From an uncultured bacterium (GTDB lineage: Bacteria; UBP4; UBA4092): a DNA stretch of 64,000 bases. Location: assembly GCA_964644695.1 (NCBI GenBank), contig CAZXWN010000004.1:1-64000 (forward strand). Direction: 5' to 3'. The notes under the pieces were generated by a model. The model ran no database searches. It was not told the DNA's origin and saw only the letters and a program-made list of their open reading frames with translations. Positions within the stretch are counted from its first letter, which is position 1, and every line of letters starts with the position of its first letter. The position numbers and the translations under genes are program-made. Shown piece after piece: positions 18,360 to 28,811 of this stretch.

Positions 18360-19489
18360 CTGATACTCTTTCTTTTCACTGAATCCGGATCGTAATCTGG
18401 AATATATTGCGCTACATTTAGTAATAACCCCGCAGCCGCCATCATGAAAAACATAGAGGATCCACCATAGCTAATAAAGGGTAAAGGCATTCCCTTGGTA
18501 GGAAGAAAACTCACGGACATTCCCAAATTTATACAGATTTGAGAAGCCATCATAACAGTAACGCCTGTTGCAAGTAGGCATGCGAATAAATCCATTGAGT
18601 GAGTTGCAATTTTAAATCCAAGCCAAATCAAATAGATAAAGGTAACAATCAAAATAAAAGCACCAATAAATCCAAGTTCTTCACATATTACTGGAAAAAT
18701 AAAGTCAGTATGGCAATCAGATAAAAAGCCATATTTTTGCATTCCATTACCAAGGCCTTTACCAAAAAAGCCACCTGATCCAATACTTATAAGTGATTGT
18801 GTTATCTGCCACCCTGTATCATAACTTATATTTCGATGATTCATTAGCTTTTCCAGAAAGGATGTTAATCGACCTTGTTGATGTTTGTTCTCCAGAATCT
18901 CCTTAATAATAAGAGGTACTCCTAATGGAAGAACAAATAAAAAGTGGTTTAATTTCATTCCAGCAATAAGACACATAATTGAACCAATAATAACCAATAA
19001 AAGAGCTGTTCCCATATCAGGCTCTATTAGAATTAAAATGGCGATAAGCCCAAGAACACATATTATTGGAAAAAATCCACGCCAAAAATCCTTAATTTGG
19101 TTTTCCGGTTTTCGGCTTAAAAAATCAGCGGCATAAATAATAATTGCTAATTTTGCAAATTCTGAAGGTTGAAATTTAAAAACACTCCAACCCAACCAAC
19201 GTGTCGCACCTTTTACAGAAGGCATGAACAATACAGCTATTAACAATAAAGCCGCTATCATGATCAATGCAAAACCTTTATATCTAAGGTTCTGATAATC
19301 CATACCCATCATCTTATACATTACAAATAAGCCCAGAATCCAAAAAGCAAACTGCTTGAAAAAATAATTATATGGATTTAAATAGCTGCTCGCACTAAAC
19401 ACCATAACCTGCCCAAAGAGCGAGAGGAACATAATTACCATAAATAACTGAACTTGGGTTTTCGTTTTAAATTTCAACAAATCCAACAT
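18356..19489 (-). CDS. ftsW: SEDS protein FtsW
   Basis: VFSAS, FQPSEFAK, EPDMGT, HTDFIF, KGMPLPFISYGGSS. Confidence 0.95.
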   Translation of the reverse strand: MLDLLKFKTKTQVQLFMVIMFLSLFGQVMVFSASSYLNPYNYFFKQFAFWILGLFVMYKMMGMDYQNLRYKGFALIMIAALLLIAVLFMPSVKGATRWLGWSVFKFQPSEFAKLAIIIYAADFLSRKPENQIKDFWRGFFPIICVLGLIAILILIEPDMGTALLLVIIGSIMCLIAGMKLNHFLFVLPLGVPLIIKEILENKHQQGRLTSFLEKLMNHRNISYDTGWQITQSLISIGSGGFFGKGLGNGMQKYGFLSDCHTDFIFPVICEELGFIGAFILIVTFIYLIWLGFKIATHSMDLFACLLATGVTVMMASQICINLGMSVSFLPTKGMPLPFISYGGSSMFFMMAAAGLLLNVAQYIPDYDPDSVKRKSIR

Positions 19490-20841
19490 TATAAACCCTC
19501 TATTATTTCCTTAAACACACGACCACGTTCTTCATAATCGCGGTACATATCATAACTGGAGCAAGCGGGAGATAATACAACAGCATCACCATCAATGGCA
19601 TTTTGAGATGCCACAGCGACAGATTCTTCCATAGTTGCACACTTAACAGTGAACACAGATTTACCTAAAGCATCATAAATTATGTCTTTTGCCTGTCCCA
19701 TTAAAATCAGAGTTTTTACTTTTTCTTTTATAAGTGGGATCAATGGTTGATAATCACTACCCTTATCCTTACCCCCCATAATAAGAACAATAGGAGCCGG
19801 TAGCGCACTTAAAGCGATCATTACAGATGCAACAGTAGTCGCCTTGGAATCATTGTAATATTTGACACCTTTCAGTTCTTTTACGAACTCCAATCGGTGT
19901 TCAACACCTCTAAAGGTTTTCAGTGTTGGTACGATATCTATAGCAGGTATTCCCATTGTACATGCTATTGCAATTCCCGCCATTGCATTTTCCAAATTAT
20001 GGCCCCCAGGCAAGCCCAAATCACCTTTATCACAAACATTTACTTCATGGGATCCATCACGATATATAATTCTATTTCCAGCCAACATCACACCATAATC
20101 AACGGACTGTGTTGTTGAAAAAAACATCTTGCGGGAAGCAATATCAGGTAAACGACTCATCAGCTCGTAATTATCTAGGTTTAATAGAGCAATATCTTCA
20201 GCTGTCTGATAGTCAAATATACGAAACTTAGCTCTTGCATATTCATCCATGCCTGGATACCAATCCAGGTGATTTCTGGAAATATTCAATATTGCGGCAA
20301 TCTTTGGTCTGAAAGATGTAATTGTCTCCAGTTGGAAGCTGGATATTTCCGCAATGACAACACCCTGGGATGTCATATTTCTTATAGCTGCAGACAAGGG
20401 ATAGCCAATATTTCCAGCAACAGCAACGGGACCTTTCTTCCAAGCACTCTTAAACATTTCATAAGTCCAGGTTGTAGTTGTTGTCTTACCATTAGAACCA
20501 GTTATAGCAACCATAGGCGCCGGAGAGTTTTGATATGCCAGCTCAATTTCACTAATAACTGGAATACCTTTCTCTCGAGCCGCTCTTACCGGAGGCACTG
20601 TATCGGGGATACCTGGACTTAAGACAACCAAGTCGGAACCAGAAACATCTTTAATTTGGTCTGCATTTGCAGACACTTGAATTTCAGGACTTTCTAATAG
20701 AGCTATGTATTCAGCAAGTTTCTCTGCTGGTTTTATGTCACTGACACAAACAGAGGCTCCACAAGTGCGTAGCAAATTCGCTGCGGCCGCACCACTGCGT
20801 GCCAGCCCTAAAACGCATACTTTCTTTCCGACTAAATCCAT
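19489..20841 (-). CDS. murD: MurD D-glutamate ligase
   Basis: GLARSG, TGSNGKTTT, EISSFQLE, HRLE, NDSKAT, SPACSSYD. Start set at ATG 20841 (AGGT SD) to avoid overlap with mraY. Confidence 0.96.
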   Translation of the reverse strand: MDLVGKKVCVLGLARSGAAAANLLRTCGASVCVSDIKPAEKLAEYIALLESPEIQVSANADQIKDVSGSDLVVLSPGIPDTVPPVRAAREKGIPVISEIELAYQNSPAPMVAITGSNGKTTTTTWTYEMFKSAWKKGPVAVAGNIGYPLSAAIRNMTSQGVVIAEISSFQLETITSFRPKIAAILNISRNHLDWYPGMDEYARAKFRIFDYQTAEDIALLNLDNYELMSRLPDIASRKMFFSTTQSVDYGVMLAGNRIIYRDGSHEVNVCDKGDLGLPGGHNLENAMAGIAIACTMGIPAIDIVPTLKTFRGVEHRLEFVKELKGVKYYNDSKATTVASVMIALSALPAPIVLIMGGKDKGSDYQPLIPLIKEKVKTLILMGQAKDIIYDALGKSVFTVKCATMEESVAVASQNAIDGDAVVLSPACSSYDMYRDYEERGRVFKEIIEGL

Positions 20842-20849
20842 GGTCTTAT

Positions 20850-21956
20850 TTACCTGACTTTCAAAAGGCCCAAACCAATCAAGGCCAAAATTGCTGAGAT
20901 AATCCAAAAACGTACAATTATTGTTTCTTCTTTTATACCAGCTTTTTCAAAGTGATGGTGAATGGGAGACATCAGAAAAACTCGTTTACCACGGAGCTTG
21001 AAAGATGTAACTTGAATAATTACTGATAGAGCTTCCATCACAAATATTCCACCTACGATGAAAAGAGAGAATTCTTGTTTGATTAGTAACGCAATGATCC
21101 CCAATATTCCACCCAAAGCAAGAGACCCTGTATCTCCCATAAAAACTTTAGCGGGGTGACAATTATACCAGAGGAATCCTAAAGAGGCACCTATTAGGCA
21201 AGACACAACAACTGTAAGCTCACCGGCTCCAGGCACATAAGGTACATTTAAGTATGCTGCAAAATCTGACCGACCGATTACATAAGTCATTACCAGATAA
21301 CTTAATGCAGAAGTTGTTACACAACCGATAGCTAATCCATCCAGACCATCTGTTAAATTCACCGCATTCGATGTTGAAACTATCACCATCATGGCAAATG
21401 GAATATAAAGCCAGGATATATCCGGCGAAAGATGTTTAAAGAATGGGAAATACAGATAACGTTGTTCAGGAATAATCGGGAAAACAAATAGATAAACACC
21501 CACACCCAAACCCAGTATAAGTTGTAAAATCATTTTCTGTCGTGGATTAAGTCCCTCCGACTGTCTTTTCATCAGTTTAAGATAGTCATCCAAGAAACCA
21601 ACCAATCCCAACCAGAGAGTTACAAGAACAGTTAATCCAACCAGACGATTCGAGAAATCACAGAGCAGAAGTATAGGGACCATTAAGGCAATCAGGATTA
21701 GAATTCCACCCATGGTTGGGGTTCCACTCTTTGCCTTATGCATTGCACCTAAATTGGGTCCACCCACTGTGTTCCGAATAATTTGACCAATTTTCAATCG
21801 CTTCAATTGATGAATAACACGGGGTCCAAAATATAAACTGATTAAAAACGCAATCACTGCCCCCGCAACAGAGCGAAAGGTAATATACCTAAAAAGGTTT
21901 ATACCGGGGAAGTAAAGTATTTTAGCAAGCACATGATTAACTAAATAATAAAGCAT
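20850..21956 (-). CDS. mraY: Phospho-MurNAc-pentapeptide transferase
   Basis: GTPTMGG, DDYLK, NAVNLTDGLDGLA, FMGDTGS, PIHHHFE. Confidence 0.98.
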   Translation of the reverse strand: MLYYLVNHVLAKILYFPGINLFRYITFRSVAGAVIAFLISLYFGPRVIHQLKRLKIGQIIRNTVGGPNLGAMHKAKSGTPTMGGILILIALMVPILLLCDFSNRLVGLTVLVTLWLGLVGFLDDYLKLMKRQSEGLNPRQKMILQLILGLGVGVYLFVFPIIPEQRYLYFPFFKHLSPDISWLYIPFAMMVIVSTSNAVNLTDGLDGLAIGCVTTSALSYLVMTYVIGRSDFAAYLNVPYVPGAGELTVVVSCLIGASLGFLWYNCHPAKVFMGDTGSLALGGILGIIALLIKQEFSLFIVGGIFVMEALSVIIQVTSFKLRGKRVFLMSPIHHHFEKAGIKEETIIVRFWIISAILALIGLGLLKVR

Positions 21957-21964
21957 CCATCACC

Positions 21965-23401
21965 TCAATGATTGAGATTCTGATTACTAAACAAATCTCC
22001 AGCACCAGCCCACTGTTCAAGAGAGCTGGCTAACCTTTCAAACTCCATTTTTCGGGATGCCTTGAGTAAAACGACATCTCCATCCTTTAATGCGGATTTC
22101 AAATAGTCCAAAGCCTCATCGCGAGTCTCACAGGCAAACAATGAGTTTTTACTCATTCCTGATGACATGGCACCTTCAATGACAAATTCAGACATACTAC
22201 CAACAGCGATTAACAACTCAGCACCTGTTTTTTGTATTGAAACTCCGGCGGATATATGCGCAGCCTGACTTTGTTCCCCAAGCTCTCGCATATCACCTAA
22301 AACAACAACTTTCCGCCCTTTCACATAGAGTTGTTTCAAACAATCTAATGCTGAATTTAGAGACTTTGGATTAGCATTGTAGGCATCATTAATAAGGGTA
22401 ATCTGACCGGCAGGAATTATCTGCATCCGCATCTTTGCCGGCTTAAAACTTTCTAATCCCCGTTTGATTTGGTATTTATCTGAAACAATCTGCCAGGCAG
22501 TAGCGGCTGCAGCAACGGCATTGGCTACCTGGTGTGTTCCAAGGACGGGGAGATTTATCGTAATATCACCATCAGGAGTATTAAGGGTAAACTTCATTCC
22601 AAGGGGCTCAGTCATAAACTCGATATCTCTAGCCTGGAAATCAGCGCTTTTCTCTAAAGAGAAAAAGACAGTATTTGCACGAGTTCTTTCTTTAAATTGA
22701 CTTACCAATACATCATCTGCATTTAAAACAGCGACGTTTTGAGAACTCATTTTTTCTAATAGCTCAAACTTAGCCTCAGCAATAGCTTCTTTTGTACCGA
22801 AATATTCAATATGTGCGTCCGCAACATTGGTAACAACACCAATATCCGGCGGGCATATCTCAACCAGACGCCGAATTTCTCCTGGATGATTCATTCCCAT
22901 TTCTTGAACTAATATTCGAGTCTGCCTGTTTAATCGAAACAGCGTAAGCGGCAATCCAATGTCATTATTGAAACTGCCTTCATTCTTAATAGTATTGTGT
23001 GTTTTTTCAAGAATAGCAGCTATCATTTCCTTGGTGGAGGTTTTGCCATTGCTTCCGGTTACACCAATTACTTTCACTGGGAATCGGGTGCGGTAAAACC
23101 GGGCCAATTCACCCATGGCGTATTTGGGATCGTCCACCTGGATAACAGCTAACTCCTTACGGAATTGCAAAAAATCCAGATTGACACCCGGACGGGTAAA
23201 TATACCCACAGCTCCCCTGCTCATTGCGTTGGGAAGATAATCATGCCCATCGAAATTCTCACCTTTTATAGGAACAAACAGATCCCCCGGTACAATTTTT
23301 CGACTATCAGTAGAAATGCCAGAAAACACTTTATCTGGCTCTCCACTTACCCAGACACCCTTTACAACCTCACATACATCTTTAGCTTTTAACGGTTCCA
23401 T
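21965..23401 (-). CDS. murF: MurF D-Ala-D-Ala adding enzyme
   Basis: TDSR, TGSNGKTSTKE, NNDIGLP, EMGMNHPGEI, DAYNANP, LGDMRELG, KASR. Confidence 0.96.
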   Translation of the reverse strand: MEPLKAKDVCEVVKGVWVSGEPDKVFSGISTDSRKIVPGDLFVPIKGENFDGHDYLPNAMSRGAVGIFTRPGVNLDFLQFRKELAVIQVDDPKYAMGELARFYRTRFPVKVIGVTGSNGKTSTKEMIAAILEKTHNTIKNEGSFNNDIGLPLTLFRLNRQTRILVQEMGMNHPGEIRRLVEICPPDIGVVTNVADAHIEYFGTKEAIAEAKFELLEKMSSQNVAVLNADDVLVSQFKERTRANTVFFSLEKSADFQARDIEFMTEPLGMKFTLNTPDGDITINLPVLGTHQVANAVAAAATAWQIVSDKYQIKRGLESFKPAKMRMQIIPAGQITLINDAYNANPKSLNSALDCLKQLYVKGRKVVVLGDMRELGEQSQAAHISAGVSIQKTGAELLIAVGSMSEFVIEGAMSSGMSKNSLFACETRDEALDYLKSALKDGDVVLLKASRKMEFERLASSLEQWAGAGDLFSNQNLNH

Positions 23402-24903
23402 TATTTTTCCGTTCGATTAGTTTGTAGATACTTTCGAGCCATTTCCACATCATCAAAATGGATGGTGCGGTCAGCAAATATTTCATATGTTTCGTGGCCT
23501 TTACCTGCAATCAAGACACTATCACCAGGACGAGCCATATTAATCGCCTCACGGATAGCATCTTCCCGGTCCAAGACCACCTTATATTCTGGTTTAGGAG
23601 ATAACACTCGCCGAATACCTAATTCAATATCCATGGCAATTAAAGCAGGATCTTCACTCCGAGGGTTATCCGAAGTGATAATACTATAGTCTGCATGTCG
23701 AGCAGCAATTTCACCCATAAGAGGACGTTTACCACGATCTCTGTCACCACCGGCGCCAAATACAATAATGATTTTCCCTTTTGTAATTTGCCGCGCAGAT
23801 TTGAGGAGATTCAATAAGGCATCATCGGTATGAGCATAATCAACCAGTACCAGAAAATCCTGACCTTCATCCACTCGCTGGAAACGACCCGGGACACAAG
23901 CAACATTCTCCAGTCCCAAACGAATATCCTCAAGATTAAATCCCAGGGCAATCCCCATCGCGGCAGCCGCCAGACTGTTATAAACATTAAACAGTCCACT
24001 GATACCCAGACAGACAGGAGTTTCACCTAATGGGGTCTTCAATGTAAACGAGAGTTTGTCGGGAGAAAGGTTTACATTGAGGGCACGGACATCAGCGTCT
24101 TTGTTGATAGCATATGTAATAACCGGAACAGAAGATGACTGAACAACCTTTTCACCCAGGGGGTCATCTATATTCACTATGGATCGTTTGGGTAGTCCCT
24201 TATCAAAGCACTGAGCCATTCTTTTAAATAAGATACATTTGGCTGCCAAGTAATCTTCCATGGTTTTGTGATAGTCCAAATGATCACGGGTAATATTGGT
24301 AAACACTCCAATATCAAATTCCAAACCTTCTACCCGACCCTGATCAAGTGCATGTGAAGATACTTCCATAACCATATAGTCACAACCAGCATAACGCATA
24401 TCCCTCATTATTCCATTTAACTCCAATGATGAGGGGGTTGTATTATTCAATGGTTGTGACTTGCCAGCAAACCGAGTACCAATCGTACCAATAATTCCGG
24501 CCTGATGACCTGCCTGTTGGATAATGGATTCCATTAAATAGGTTGATGTCGTTTTTCCATTGGTTCCAGTTACACCCACAACTTTTAATTCACGGGACGG
24601 GTACCCATAAAAACAAGCTGCCATCAAAGCTTCAGCTAATCGGCTATTGGGCACCTTAATTTGGGGGACTATTCCCAATTCGGGAATAAATCGTTCAACA
24701 ACCAAAGCCACAGCCCCAGCTTTTACAGACTGGGCGGCATAAAGATGTCCGTCTTGTTTAACCCCGGAAATACAAACAAATAAATCTCCTGGTTTTACAT
24801 ATCGGCTGTCACGGGAGATACCTTGAACAGATAAATTACCGATATCACCCTGACATTGGAATTCAGAAATAGATTGTAGTAAGTTTTCTAATAGTACATT
24901 CAT
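23401..24903 (-). CDS. murE: MurE, meso-DAP type
   Basis: TGTNGKTT, EVSSH, DHLDYH, DYAHT, DNPR specificity motif, AGKGHE. Confidence 0.97.
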   Translation of the reverse strand: MNVLLENLLQSISEFQCQGDIGNLSVQGISRDSRYVKPGDLFVCISGVKQDGHLYAAQSVKAGAVALVVERFIPELGIVPQIKVPNSRLAEALMAACFYGYPSRELKVVGVTGTNGKTTSTYLMESIIQQAGHQAGIIGTIGTRFAGKSQPLNNTTPSSLELNGIMRDMRYAGCDYMVMEVSSHALDQGRVEGLEFDIGVFTNITRDHLDYHKTMEDYLAAKCILFKRMAQCFDKGLPKRSIVNIDDPLGEKVVQSSSVPVITYAINKDADVRALNVNLSPDKLSFTLKTPLGETPVCLGISGLFNVYNSLAAAAMGIALGFNLEDIRLGLENVACVPGRFQRVDEGQDFLVLVDYAHTDDALLNLLKSARQITKGKIIIVFGAGGDRDRGKRPLMGEIAARHADYSIITSDNPRSEDPALIAMDIELGIRRVLSPKPEYKVVLDREDAIREAINMARPGDSVLIAGKGHETYEIFADRTIHFDDVEMARKYLQTNRTEK

Positions 24904-24964
24904 AATAATTTGCCTGAGACAATTCTCATTGATTTAAGACCAATGGTAAAAGTTAATAATTAAG

Positions 24965-27184
24965 TTATTGTCTATTCAAAGTTGTATCACGGTGTATCAC
25001 AGTAGGTTGATAAGTGCTCCCCAGAATCAACTGACATTTCTGTCCTGGAATAACAGTAGCACCCGGTTTGGGGTATTGGTCTAAAACAACACCAGAGCCT
25101 GTCATTACAGGAACCAGATCCATATGCGTAAGCCGAACTAATGCCACCCTTTTTGCAAGACCCTTCAAATTCGGCATCATAAGAACGGTTTTTTCTTTTT
25201 CATACGATATCTGTTTTAATCCAGTGTTATCCAACTTATTTTCAGAAACCACTTTATTCTGAACGGGTGCCTGAACCTTAACGGGCACTGAAACATCCAT
25301 GTAATCCTCATTCAACATGTCATTTAAGGAATCATCAGAAGGATGCGCTTGCGCCATTGGCATTGGAGGAGGAGCCTCTGGAAATATACCTAACTGGGTC
25401 AATGCTGCTTCCGCAATTCGCTTAAAGGCTGGGGCAGCAACAGTTCCTCCGTAATACCCATTTTTTGTGGGCTGGTCAATAAAAACACCTATAACCAGTC
25501 TGGGGTCTTCCACAGGCAAGAATCCAACAAAAGAAGACATGTATCGGCCGGGGAGATATCCTCGGCCCCCTTCAGCAACGACTTGAGCCGTACCCGTCTT
25601 TCCCGCAACTCTGACCCCTGGTATGGCAGCCGGCTTTCCGGTACCACGGTCAACAACTCCCTGCATAATCTCTCTAATTTCACGGGCCGTATCTTCTCGT
25701 AAGACCTGGCGTACTATTTCAGGTTTATATTCTTTCTTGAGACGGCCATTTTCATCCCGAATAGATTTCACCAGATGAGGTTTCAGGAGTTTGCCTCCAT
25801 TTGCAATAACCGAATAGGCGGCACACATCTGGATGGCATTAACAGAAACACTCTGACCAAAACTAACACGAGACCAAACTAAAGGAGTCCACTGTTTATA
25901 ATTCAATACTAATCCAGAGGATTCACCCGGAAGGCCAACCCCAGTCACATTGCCAAATCCAAATTTCTTGATATATTCATACAGCCTGTCGGATCCAAGT
26001 TTTTGAGCAATCTGCAAAGTTCCAATATTAGAAGAAACTTCAATGACTTTGGCAAAGGTCATAATGCTGTATGAATGGGTATCCCGCAAAGTACGTCCTG
26101 CAAATTTAATACGTCCACCCATTCCATTAAAGGTGTCTGTCAATTTTACTTTGCCGGTTTCTAAAGCGGCCGCAGCGGTAAAGACTTTAAATATTGAACC
26201 TGGTTCAAAGGCCTGTTCCACAGCCCTATTCGAAGAAACTTCCCGCCACATATCTTTGGAAACGCTGCGATAGTTACTCAAATCATATTTTGGATAGTTG
26301 GCCAAGGCCAGGATTTCACCTGTCTTAGGGTCCATAACCACGACAAATCCCGCATGAGCACCATGTTTTTCGATTGTGGCCGCCAGTTCATCTTCAGCAG
26401 CCCGCTGTATAACTTCATCAATCGTTAAATACATCTGGTTTCCCGCAAGATTTGAAAATACATCATCTTCAATGGGAACCAGTAATCTCCCTGCACCATC
26501 TTTACGGGATGTAACTTGACCAAAATTCCCACTGACCTGTGGTTGATAGACAGCTTCCAAACCACCCAGAGGCCGATGAGTACCCCAGCCGCCCAAACCT
26601 TCTTCCATACTACCAATACCAACCGGCCCCAGAATATGGCAAGCCGCATCACCTTTAGGATACAGTCGCTTACAGTACTTTTCTGTCCGAAGTTCATTTC
26701 GTAGCTTGAGGTCTTGTCGTAATATCGTAACTTGGGCATACTGCTCAGGTGTCAGCTCCATTGCAAGAGGAACCCATGAGACGGTTGTGTTGCGGGTAAT
26801 AATATCCAGGAACTTTGATTCAGGTTCATTCAGAATAACTGCTAATCGAGCAGCCAATTTGACCGGAAGATCTTTCTTAACTGATTTCTTTTTCTTAGCG
26901 GCATCCAAATTCTCAATAATGACATCTTTTGGAGACAGGATCAATGAATCCACCATAATTGAAGTAGCGAGAGGATTTCCCGAACGATCATAAATCCATC
27001 CCCGCCGAGGTTCAATCACTTCACCCCGATAGTGTTCTCCCCGGGCAACACTACTAAAATAAGCATGGTCAAAAATCTGGAGATATCCAACCCAGATTAA
27101 TACTAAACCCAAAAACAAAAAGAATAGGCTACGAAATAAGACTATTCTTTTGCGGTTTGTTTTGTCAGTTTCACGACCAATCAT
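24965..27184 (-). CDS. ftsI: Class B penicillin-binding protein with C-terminal PASTA
   Basis: RGWIYDR, EPGSIFK (SxxK), SSN, KTGTAQ, PASTA-like MPNLKG...QYPKPG. Confidence 0.94.
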   Translation of the reverse strand: MIGRETDKTNRKRIVLFRSLFFLFLGLVLIWVGYLQIFDHAYFSSVARGEHYRGEVIEPRRGWIYDRSGNPLATSIMVDSLILSPKDVIIENLDAAKKKKSVKKDLPVKLAARLAVILNEPESKFLDIITRNTTVSWVPLAMELTPEQYAQVTILRQDLKLRNELRTEKYCKRLYPKGDAACHILGPVGIGSMEEGLGGWGTHRPLGGLEAVYQPQVSGNFGQVTSRKDGAGRLLVPIEDDVFSNLAGNQMYLTIDEVIQRAAEDELAATIEKHGAHAGFVVVMDPKTGEILALANYPKYDLSNYRSVSKDMWREVSSNRAVEQAFEPGSIFKVFTAAAALETGKVKLTDTFNGMGGRIKFAGRTLRDTHSYSIMTFAKVIEVSSNIGTLQIAQKLGSDRLYEYIKKFGFGNVTGVGLPGESSGLVLNYKQWTPLVWSRVSFGQSVSVNAIQMCAAYSVIANGGKLLKPHLVKSIRDENGRLKKEYKPEIVRQVLREDTAREIREIMQGVVDRGTGKPAAIPGVRVAGKTGTAQVVAEGGRGYLPGRYMSSFVGFLPVEDPRLVIGVFIDQPTKNGYYGGTVAAPAFKRIAEAALTQLGIFPEAPPPMPMAQAHPSDDSLNDMLNEDYMDVSVPVKVQAPVQNKVVSENKLDNTGLKQISYEKEKTVLMMPNLKGLAKRVALVRLTHMDLVPVMTGSGVVLDQYPKPGATVIPGQKCQLILGSTYQPTVIHRDTTLNRQ

Positions 27185-27274
27185 TGTTGTTTTCTCGTTG
27201 ACTTATAACATGATGGCCCCCGTCGGGAAGGTCAGATGAAACGGACTAAACCGTTGTCATCCGGCAAACCCGGC

Positions 27275-27751
27275 TCAATCCATGCTCCGAGCCTCAGCTC
27301 GTGATACGAATCGAATCCATTTTCCCCATACAGAAGCAGTCTGTTGATTGTTTTCTGTCGTCGGAGTGGGGTTTTGGAAAGAAGCCGGTTGGACATTCAC
27401 CCAGGAGGCTGCATAAACTTTGGCCAACTGGTTATCCTGGGCAGGAATCATTCCCTGTGCCAGAGCTAATTCACGAATGCGGGATGGATCTTTTAATCCA
27501 GCGATTTGTTGTTCCAGTCGTAATCGTTGGTTATTTACTTCCAAAAAGTCGCGTTGTGTCAGAGCCAGTTTCTGTGATGCCTTCTGTATTTGTTGCTTCA
27601 TATAGAGGTGACCTAATGAAAGAACAATCACCCCTAAAAATACCACTATTAGTATATTTATTTTATCATTATCAGTGCTTGCTCTGCGTCGAACAGCTCT
27701 GGCTCTTTGAATTTCTGGCAACTCATTGTAGTTACTCGGTTTCCACTTCAT
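27275..27751 (-). CDS. ftsL: FtsL-like cell division protein
   Basis: One TM plus coiled coil, LKDPSRIRELA...GM; between rsmH and ftsI. Confidence 0.8.
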   Translation of the reverse strand: MKWKPSNYNELPEIQRARAVRRRASTDNDKINILIVVFLGVIVLSLGHLYMKQQIQKASQKLALTQRDFLEVNNQRLRLEQQIAGLKDPSRIRELALAQGMIPAQDNQLAKVYAASWVNVQPASFQNPTPTTENNQQTASVWGKWIRFVSRAEARSMD

Positions 27752-27792
27752 ATTTTCCCTCCCGAAGGTATTTCTCCCCCTACGGGGTCAAA

Positions 27793-28749
27793 CTATTTTA
27801 TTTTTTCTACGACTCGGAACTTGGCACTTCTTGCTCTGGGGTTCCGACCCATTTCATCTTCATCTGGTACGACCGGTTTTCGAGTCAGTATTTCTAACTG
27901 TTTGATTCGTGGACAACTACATAAGTCTGGCGGTTGTTCACAGATACATAATCCAGCGGCTTTTTTGAAAGCCAGTTTCACTAACCGGTCTTCGAGAGAA
28001 TGGAAACTAATGATTCCCACTCGCCCCCCTGGCTTGAGACAGTCTAAAAAATCAGCCAGGAATTGCTTCAAACTTTCTAATTCGCCATTCACTTCAATTC
28101 TTAAGGCCTGGAAGGTTCTTGTTGCCGGATGTATTCGGTTATGAACCCTGTATCCAGTACCCCGGACAGCGTGTTCCACCAGTTCCGCCAACTCATGGGT
28201 TGTCGTAATGGATTTTCCATCCCGGTATTGTGCGATAGTCCGGGCAATCCGTCGCGACAACCTCTCACCACCGTACTGATAAATAACATCCGCCAGTTGG
28301 TCTTCCGGCCAGGTATTGACCACATCGGCAGCGGTAACTCCCTGGCTGCGATCCATCCGCATATCCAAGGGCCCGTCTCGATCGAAGGAAAATCCCCGTT
28401 CATCCCGGTCCAGTTGGTAACTGGAGATTCCCAAGTCCAGGAAGATTTTGTCCACCTGCGGGAAACCTAAACCGTTCAGCTGGTTTTTCATGTCCCGGAA
28501 ATTACTGTGAACCAAGTTCAGAGGTGTTCCTAAAGGTTCCAGTCTTTTCCGAGCCAGTTCCAGAGATTCCTGGTCTCGATCAAATCCGATGAGCCGACCT
28601 TCCGGTCCAAGCCTTAAAACGGCTTGGGAGGCAGCCCCACCCATACCTAAAGTGCCGTCCACAAAGACCTCACCGCGGTCCGGGACCAGCCATTGCAACA
28701 TTTCACGAAGCAGTACAGGTTGGTGGATGGGGTGCTCCCCGTTCATCAT
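27793..28749 (-). CDS. rsmH: 16S rRNA m4C1402 methyltransferase
   Basis: HQPVLL, DGTLGMGG, DLGISSYQLD, PLDMRM, ISFHSLEDR, NPRARSAK. Confidence 0.97.
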   Translation of the reverse strand: MMNGEHPIHQPVLLREMLQWLVPDRGEVFVDGTLGMGGAASQAVLRLGPEGRLIGFDRDQESLELARKRLEPLGTPLNLVHSNFRDMKNQLNGLGFPQVDKIFLDLGISSYQLDRDERGFSFDRDGPLDMRMDRSQGVTAADVVNTWPEDQLADVIYQYGGERLSRRIARTIAQYRDGKSITTTHELAELVEHAVRGTGYRVHNRIHPATRTFQALRIEVNGELESLKQFLADFLDCLKPGGRVGIISFHSLEDRLVKLAFKKAAGLCICEQPPDLCSCPRIKQLEILTRKPVVPDEDEMGRNPRARSAKFRVVEKIK

Positions 28750-28811
28750 GTTCTCCTGTGAAAGAACTCGGATGGTTTATCTAACAACCATCGGTAACTT
28801 TTCAAATTTAT

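Noticed and set aside
20842-20907. Extended murD start overlapping mraY
   Set aside because: ATG 20841 has an SD and gives the normal MurD N-terminus.
27225-27274. Hammerhead ribozyme or c-di-GMP riboswitch
   Set aside because: CAGATGA is not the CUGANGA core, and GGCAAACC lacks the rest of the GEMM motif and is antisense to the operon.
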